NCBI GenBank assembly: GCA_965218095.1
Contig: OZ244587.1
Location: 64,001-128,000, forward strand
Direction: 5' to 3'
Length of the DNA stretch: 64,000 bases
From: Candidatus Poribacteria bacterium
GTDB lineage: Bacteria; Poribacteria; WGA-4E; PCPOR2b
Shown: piece after piece, positions 59,203 through 64,000 of the stretch
How the letters are laid out: every line of letters starts with the position of its first letter
Numbering within the stretch: position 1 is the first letter of the stretch
Notes under the pieces: generated by a model
Told to the model about the DNA's origin: nothing
Seen by the model: only the letters and a program-made list of their open reading frames with translations
The model's database searches: none
Program-made: the position numbers and the translations under genes

Positions 59203-59219
59203 TCTTTGGCAATTTTACC

Positions 59220-59353
59220 TTGACTTTGTTAGATTAAAAGAGCTCATCGGCAGATCCACTGCTGGCTTGCCCCCCCGGCCCCCCAATGCTGGGGGGAGAA
59301 TCGCACAAACTTTCCCAGAATTGGGGGCCGGGGGGCGAATGTAACAAAGTCAA
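59220..59353. mobile_element. MITE family A copy 2
   Basis: TTGACTTTGT / ACAAAGTCAA TIRs; internal AAAGAGCTCATCGGCAGATCCACTGCTGGC shared with other copies. Confidence 0.8.
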
Positions 59354-59410
59354 GTTAATCATCTTTCCATGCTCAAGTCAAATAAGGAATTTCTTTCTGG
59401 GCAGATAAAA

Positions 59411-60217
59411 ATGAAAACACCAGAAACCAATCGGGATTATTATGAGATTTTAGGACTCAATTGAGACGCAACAGTTCTTGATATCGAGGCGGCTTGGCAG
59501 AAGAAGCAACGCGAGTATGACCTCGGCAAACTCCGGGGGTTGGGCGATAAATTGCAGGCGCTCGCGAAAGCAGAAACCGAGCGAATTAACGTCGCCTATG
59601 AGACATTGAAAGATCCTGCCAGGCGAAAACAATATGATTGAATGCTCGCCGGTGATACCGTCGAGCTAACAAACCCAACCCAAGCCACCAAATTGGAAAA
59701 GTTTATGAGCAAGCAAGCTGAAATCGCTAATGATCGAGCAATTGAATATTGGGAACAGAATCGCTTTGAAGAGGCGATTGCTCAATGGGAGAACGTCGTT
59801 CGTAAAAACCCGAATATTGCGGAGATACACCACAACCTTGGAAATGCTTATGCGCATCAAGGGAAAATTGAAGACGCGATCGAATCATTGAAGCAAGCAA
59901 TCTCTATAGATCCAACTTTAGTTGAAGCGTATAACAAAGTAGGGTGTATCTGCTACAAGCAAGGCAATTTTGACCTAGCATTCGCCAGTTGGAATCAGGC
60001 ATTGAAGATTGATCCCAATTTTGAAGAAGCCCATCACAACCTCAGGTTGATTCAGAATGTCACTCAGTTTGATGTTGACAGCGAAATCCCGGCATATCAA
60101 CATGTAACATCGGAAGACACAGAACAGCATGGGCAGGCGGACGAAGGGGATAGCGACGACACACCCAGATGGAGAAATCGAATCCGTCAAGGTTTGAGGA
60201 AGTTCCGAATAAAATAA
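59411..60217 (+). pseudogene. DnaJ-like domain + TPR protein with two in-frame TGA stops in the J-domain
   Basis: RDYYEILGLN*DAT...INVAYETLKDPARRKQYD*MLAG, in frame with the TPR ORF 59642-60217. Confidence 0.75.
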
Positions 60218-60289
60218 AGTGGTTTTTATAACGGGCGAATGGTCGAGACAAGATTCGTTGATTTGCTTCGTTATAAGATGCCTGAGCAC

Positions 60290-60377
60290 AAAAAAGGCCC
60301 CATTGGCGGAACCAATAGGGCCGTTCGAGCATGATATTCCGCCGCTCGGGGTTAGCGAGCGGTGGTAGAAGCGGATC
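60290..60377 (-). ncRNA. candidate small RNA
   Basis: Minus-strand TTGCAT-17-TATCTT promoter, GC hairpin, terminator hairpin plus T6. Confidence 0.45.
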
Positions 60378-60471
60378 ATTTGTAAGATAACATAAACGCC
60401 CGCAGAATGCAAGACAAAACTACACTTTGTAAGCCAAGGTCTTCTAATCTACCTGTATCGTATACTCCTAT

Positions 60472-60876
60472 TCAAAACAGCATCTCACCTGCGGTTTCAA
60501 CAGGGAAGCCAATCGAAGCGTGGATCTGAACAAACTTCCACGTTCCTTCCTCCTTTTCTAGCACGCCCGTCACACGCATAGCGAGTTCTTCAAATACCCC
60601 ACCCCATTTGAGTCGCCAGATCTGCCGTGTGTAGAACCATGCCACAGCCCCTCGCTCCTGCACATCAAGATGCTCGAACTGGATTGTAAAATCTTCCACA
60701 TTTGCGACGATCTTTCGATAGTAATCGCCTGTGTTTTTGCCTCCCTCGATATGCTCGCTTGGCTCTGTCCCAATCTTCACATAGTAGTCGGCCAGGGACA
60801 TCATGCCGATAAGTTGGTCGGCGTCTCTTGCCACCAGCGCGTCAAAGCAGTTCTTGACCGTGTTATACGCATCCAT
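60472..60876 (-). CDS. SnoaL/NTF2-like protein
   Basis: IGT...E...G, VAWF, RVTGVLEK..G.WKFVQIHASIG. Confidence 0.8.
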   Translation of the reverse strand: MDAYNTVKNCFDALVARDADQLIGMMSLADYYVKIGTEPSEHIEGGKNTGDYYRKIVANVEDFTIQFEHLDVQERGAVAWFYTRQIWRLKWGGVFEELAMRVTGVLEKEEGTWKFVQIHASIGFPVETAGEMLF

Positions 60877-60959
60877 AGTGAGCCCCGAAACCCTTGGTAA
60901 CGTCTCGTTCACCTTTAGCGATCTCATCTCTGTTATCCTTTCTGATCCGGGTTGTTTCA

Positions 60960-61360
60960 TGTGGATCTTTCAACCTGCCAACCGCCAATCCCCCGTTTTT
61001 CCGTCTCAAACCGAACACCGATAAGATGAATCTCCTTCTCCTTGAGCTTATATCTCTCAAAATACTCCATCTGTTTAATCTGCTTGAAGGCTTCCGCCTC
61101 ACTCTCATCCAGTTTGAACTCGAAACCGGACCCATCGTTAGATCTAAGAGGCTATTCAACCCGGAAAAGACGCCGACCTTGCTGAATTTGCTGATACCCG
61201 TAAGCAACACAAAGCGTAGATATTCATCCATCCTCTTGATGACAGTATAAAATTCCTTTAACACCTCCCGAATCCGTTGTGCCTCTTTCACATTTCCGAC
61301 ATTGTCGATGATTGGTTTATCGTATTCGTCTATTAAGACGACGACTTTGTTCTTGGCAGC
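60960..61360 (-). pseudogene. AAA-ATPase-like / PD-(D/E)XK nuclease protein remnant
   Basis: VVVLIDEYDKP...LRFVLLTGISKFSKVGVFSGLN joined to a C-terminal A..QI....Y...Y...IHLIGV.F tail in another frame. Confidence 0.8.
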
Positions 61361-61381
61361 AAGCGCGGATTGGTGGCATCC

Positions 61382-61443
61382 GTCATTCTGAACGAAGTGA
61401 AGGATCTCTTACGCCGAGATTCTTCGCAAAGCCTCAGAATGAT
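61382..61443. repeat. REP-like palindromic element
   Basis: GTCATTCTGAACGAAGTGAAGGATCTC...GAGATTCTTCGC..CTCAGAATGA; homolog at 12534. Confidence 0.7.
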
Positions 61444-61523
61444 AGCTGAAAAGCGCAGTTTCTGGCGGTGGGCAGTATATACCATCAAACTCTCAAAGTT
61501 GGCTTGAAAAACTGGCTTATTAA

Positions 61524-62795
61524 TCAGATCGTCAACACAACCTCAATCTCATTTCTTCCCACTTGCAGATCTGCTCGTACAAATAGCAGCCGATCGCCTA
61601 ACCATGTTACCGCTTGAGCGTTTGTCGTTGCAAGCGTGAGTCCAGTGTGATTGCCCCAGATTGCCAACCCATACGGCATTCCCTTTGTGGATTCCAGTGT
61701 AAATTGCATCCGTAATTGGCGGCGCAAGCGAGAGGGGCGAAACTGCTCGATCTGCGGTAGGTTAAACTCTGCGCCGTTACGTGAATTGACAGGTGGGGAA
61801 ACATAGTTTGTCACGCCAATCGGCTCCATTTTGTCTTTTTCAAAGATTAACTGGCATTCCACATCGTAATAGAAAAGGGTCGATTTTGCGGGAGTGTTCG
61901 ATGATACTTCTGGTTCTTCTGGATTGGGGTCGGTGAGCAGGAAGGTTGGCTGCGTCTGATCGCCGCCCCCCTGGTATGCGCGAACAGCATCTGAGAGCGA
62001 CATGACACGCGTCTGGCGCTCCTCGCACACATACGCCAAATGGGCATCCAACTGTTCAAGTTGTTCCGATGTCAGTGACCCCACCCCCGCCGCGTCGATC
62101 TCCTGGACATAAGCCAACCAACGATTCCACGCAGTGTTGGTCACATACAGATCAAATGTCTGTTGCGCTGTGCCGTTCAGCACCTGCGTCCGGAGATCTG
62201 CGAAATCTGTTTCTTCAGCGGCAAGGTGTGTCTGCGTGGGGAGGACGGAGACATGTGAGATTCCAACAATTCGACTTGTGGGGGAGCCGCAGAAATTGTG
62301 TCGATCTGCTGATGGGTAAAAGAAACCAAATGGACATCCTTCATCTGCCTCAATCTTCCCACCGTGGTAGCCCCATAGCCCCGCAAAACCAACTTGCTCT
62401 AAAGCGTAAAGCAAGACATGGTTTTTCTGCACCGCACCCGCGACAACCGGACTTGCCCACGCCATCCCCCTTTGAACTTTATCCCACTCAGATGAGATGT
62501 AATTCGGCAGCTTCTCACGCATCGTCACGATATGCTCTGCCGATTGGCTCAGATCGCTGGAATCTGTAGCCGTTCCCCAAATTGGCGCAATATCTACCAT
62601 CGGCGCCAGTTCGTCGCCGTCAGATTCGTGCCATTTGGTCAGATCTGCTGCGAAGGCTCGCGTAGAGGCCGGGTCGATTGCCCATGTGATCGGGACATTG
62701 TGTTTATGCGCTGTTTCTGCAAGGAGACGCATTCCCTGCCGCAGCGCTCTTCGATCTTCAGCAATTGCGGTGCTAACGAGGGAGTAAGTTAACAT
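61524..62795 (-). CDS. hypothetical protein (possible deacetylase-like barrel)
   Basis: Long ORF; AHKHNVPITWAI, GLWGY, EGCPFGFFYPS; ATG 62795 chosen to avoid overlap with the upstream gene. Confidence 0.6.
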   Translation of the reverse strand: MLTYSLVSTAIAEDRRALRQGMRLLAETAHKHNVPITWAIDPASTRAFAADLTKWHESDGDELAPMVDIAPIWGTATDSSDLSQSAEHIVTMREKLPNYISSEWDKVQRGMAWASPVVAGAVQKNHVLLYALEQVGFAGLWGYHGGKIEADEGCPFGFFYPSADRHNFCGSPTSRIVGISHVSVLPTQTHLAAEETDFADLRTQVLNGTAQQTFDLYVTNTAWNRWLAYVQEIDAAGVGSLTSEQLEQLDAHLAYVCEERQTRVMSLSDAVRAYQGGGDQTQPTFLLTDPNPEEPEVSSNTPAKSTLFYYDVECQLIFEKDKMEPIGVTNYVSPPVNSRNGAEFNLPQIEQFRPSRLRRQLRMQFTLESTKGMPYGLAIWGNHTGLTLATTNAQAVTWLGDRLLFVRADLQVGRNEIEVVLTI

Positions 62796-62808
62796 AATCA
62801 ATGCGGCA

Positions 62809-63531
62809 TCAAGCTCTCGGGTGCTCCAGGAAGACAGTAACTCCCATTTCAGCATATTTCGCTCGCGTGTCCGGCGTGCCATTTCTGTAGCAGACGGCAA
62901 TACTGGTATCCGCGAGTTGTTCGGCAACGTGACGAACACAATCATCAACGGTCTGGAATGGATGCTGTGCGTGGCCTTCTATGCTGAAGGTGAGATCCGC
63001 AGGACCGAAGGAGAGACAATCCACCCCTGCCTTGGCGAACTTTCGGGCATTCGTCACCGCCGAAATCGACTCTATCTGCATCCAGAGCACGCCGTATTCG
63101 CCCCACCATTGGGCATACTCAAGCCGATCGCTTCGCTCCTCCATCCCTTTTCGAGCAGCGCCCCCCCAACTGCGGATGCCGATCTGGGGATAGTAAAAAT
63201 AAGCAATGGCTTCGTCCACCGTCGATTCAAGTTCCACTTGCGGAACTTCGACTCCGGAGGGTCCCAGATCCAGGTAGTTACCGATGAGGTAGGCGTTGTA
63301 GGTGTGCTTAATCCGAAACTGAACCGGAATATCCAATTCGTTCGCCATCTCGCAGAAGGCGACCAACCGCTCCTCATTGTATGCAGAGTGCTGGCTGTCG
63401 GTGGAAACGAAGTCGTAGTCGCCTTGGTCCAGGATGGCTTTCAGCCGAGCCCGATCCGACGAGATTGGTGCGGCTATACCGTAAATGTGCTCTCCATCGT
63501 GTATACGTTGTTTCAGCGTTTTTTCTGCCAT
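62809..63531 (-). CDS. HpcH/HpaI aldolase family protein
   Basis: DSQH, LDLGPSGVEVP, YYPQIGIRSWG, QIES, FGPADL. Confidence 0.85.
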   Translation of the reverse strand: MAEKTLKQRIHDGEHIYGIAAPISSDRARLKAILDQGDYDFVSTDSQHSAYNEERLVAFCEMANELDIPVQFRIKHTYNAYLIGNYLDLGPSGVEVPQVELESTVDEAIAYFYYPQIGIRSWGGAARKGMEERSDRLEYAQWWGEYGVLWMQIESISAVTNARKFAKAGVDCLSFGPADLTFSIEGHAQHPFQTVDDCVRHVAEQLADTSIAVCYRNGTPDTRAKYAEMGVTVFLEHPRA

Positions 63532-63572
63532 CTAAATCTCCTTGTTAATGCCCTGTGGGGTAAGAATATAAC

Positions 63573-63814
63573 TTGACTTTGTTAGATTAAAAGAGCTCAT
63601 CGGCAGATCCACTGCTGGCTCGCCCCCCCACCCTCTCCGGTCTTCGACCGAGAGTCCGAGACCGCAATCCCCCCAACTTTGGGGGGAAGGGGAGAATCGT
63701 ACAAACTCCTGAAGTTCCGGTGCTTCGCACCGAGAATCCCACGCTGCAAGGCATCGGGACCTGCCCCGATCCATCGGGGAATTGGGGGCCGGGGGGCAAA
63801 TGTAACAAAGTCAA
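63573..63814. mobile_element. MITE family A copy 3, enlarged by internal insertions
   Basis: Same TIRs and core as copy 2, plus about 110 nt of extra hairpins. Confidence 0.8.
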
Positions 63815-64000
63815 AATAAGATTTGCCATGATATTATAAACTCTGTCGGAGCTCCCGTCAACGCATTTCTATAACCCTGGCAGATAGCAAAAGGTTGTAA
63901 CCATCGCACTGGTACGCTGAATAAATTCTGAATTCCAATTAACGGAGCTTGCTCCATTCAGAGGCGCTGCATCTAAAAGCCCGCTTGCTTGTCGCACACA

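Noticed and set aside
59462-59641. Alternative genetic code or selenocysteine recoding
   Set aside because: The positions fit Arg rather than Cys or Trp, and many intact genes in the window end in TGA
62821-63576. 251-aa plus-strand ORF
   Set aside because: Antisense shadow of the HpcH aldolase gene

Overview
Bacterial chromosomal window of about 50% GC. It is probably from Candidatus Poribacteria or a relative; this is an inference from a WD40+cohesin gene, an 'AVxP...TWGxLK' C-terminal motif, YPNPFN Ig-like tails and many sugar-acid enzymes. It carries housekeeping genes (mutS2, dnaG, rpoD, glnD, argE, dtd, a thiamine pyrophosphokinase, pspA), three tRNAs (Gly-CCC, Ile2/Met-CAT, Val-CAC), an RND transporter, several TPR proteins and a putative sugar-acid catabolic cluster. 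Intergenic DNA is dense with mobile debris: one intact IS5/IS427-type IS nested in older MITEs, several MITE families with readable TIRs and target duplications, REP-like palindromes, heptamer tandem repeats and many collapsed pseudogenes. The best leads are: (1) a stand-alone promoter-to-terminator structured RNA at 32.8-33.2 kb with an H-type pseudoknot and a rod-shaped segment bracketed by direct repeats; (2) a heptamer repeat at 40.3 kb whose loss of one unit would fuse a YkgJ Cys-cluster ORF to a DUF2156 ORF; (3) a ~90-nt orphan sRNA candidate at 60.3 kb; (4) an orphan BrxF-like P-loop gene directly after a TPR gene. No CRISPR array, rRNA or intact defence operon was seen. All family calls come from motif recognition by eye, not from database searches.
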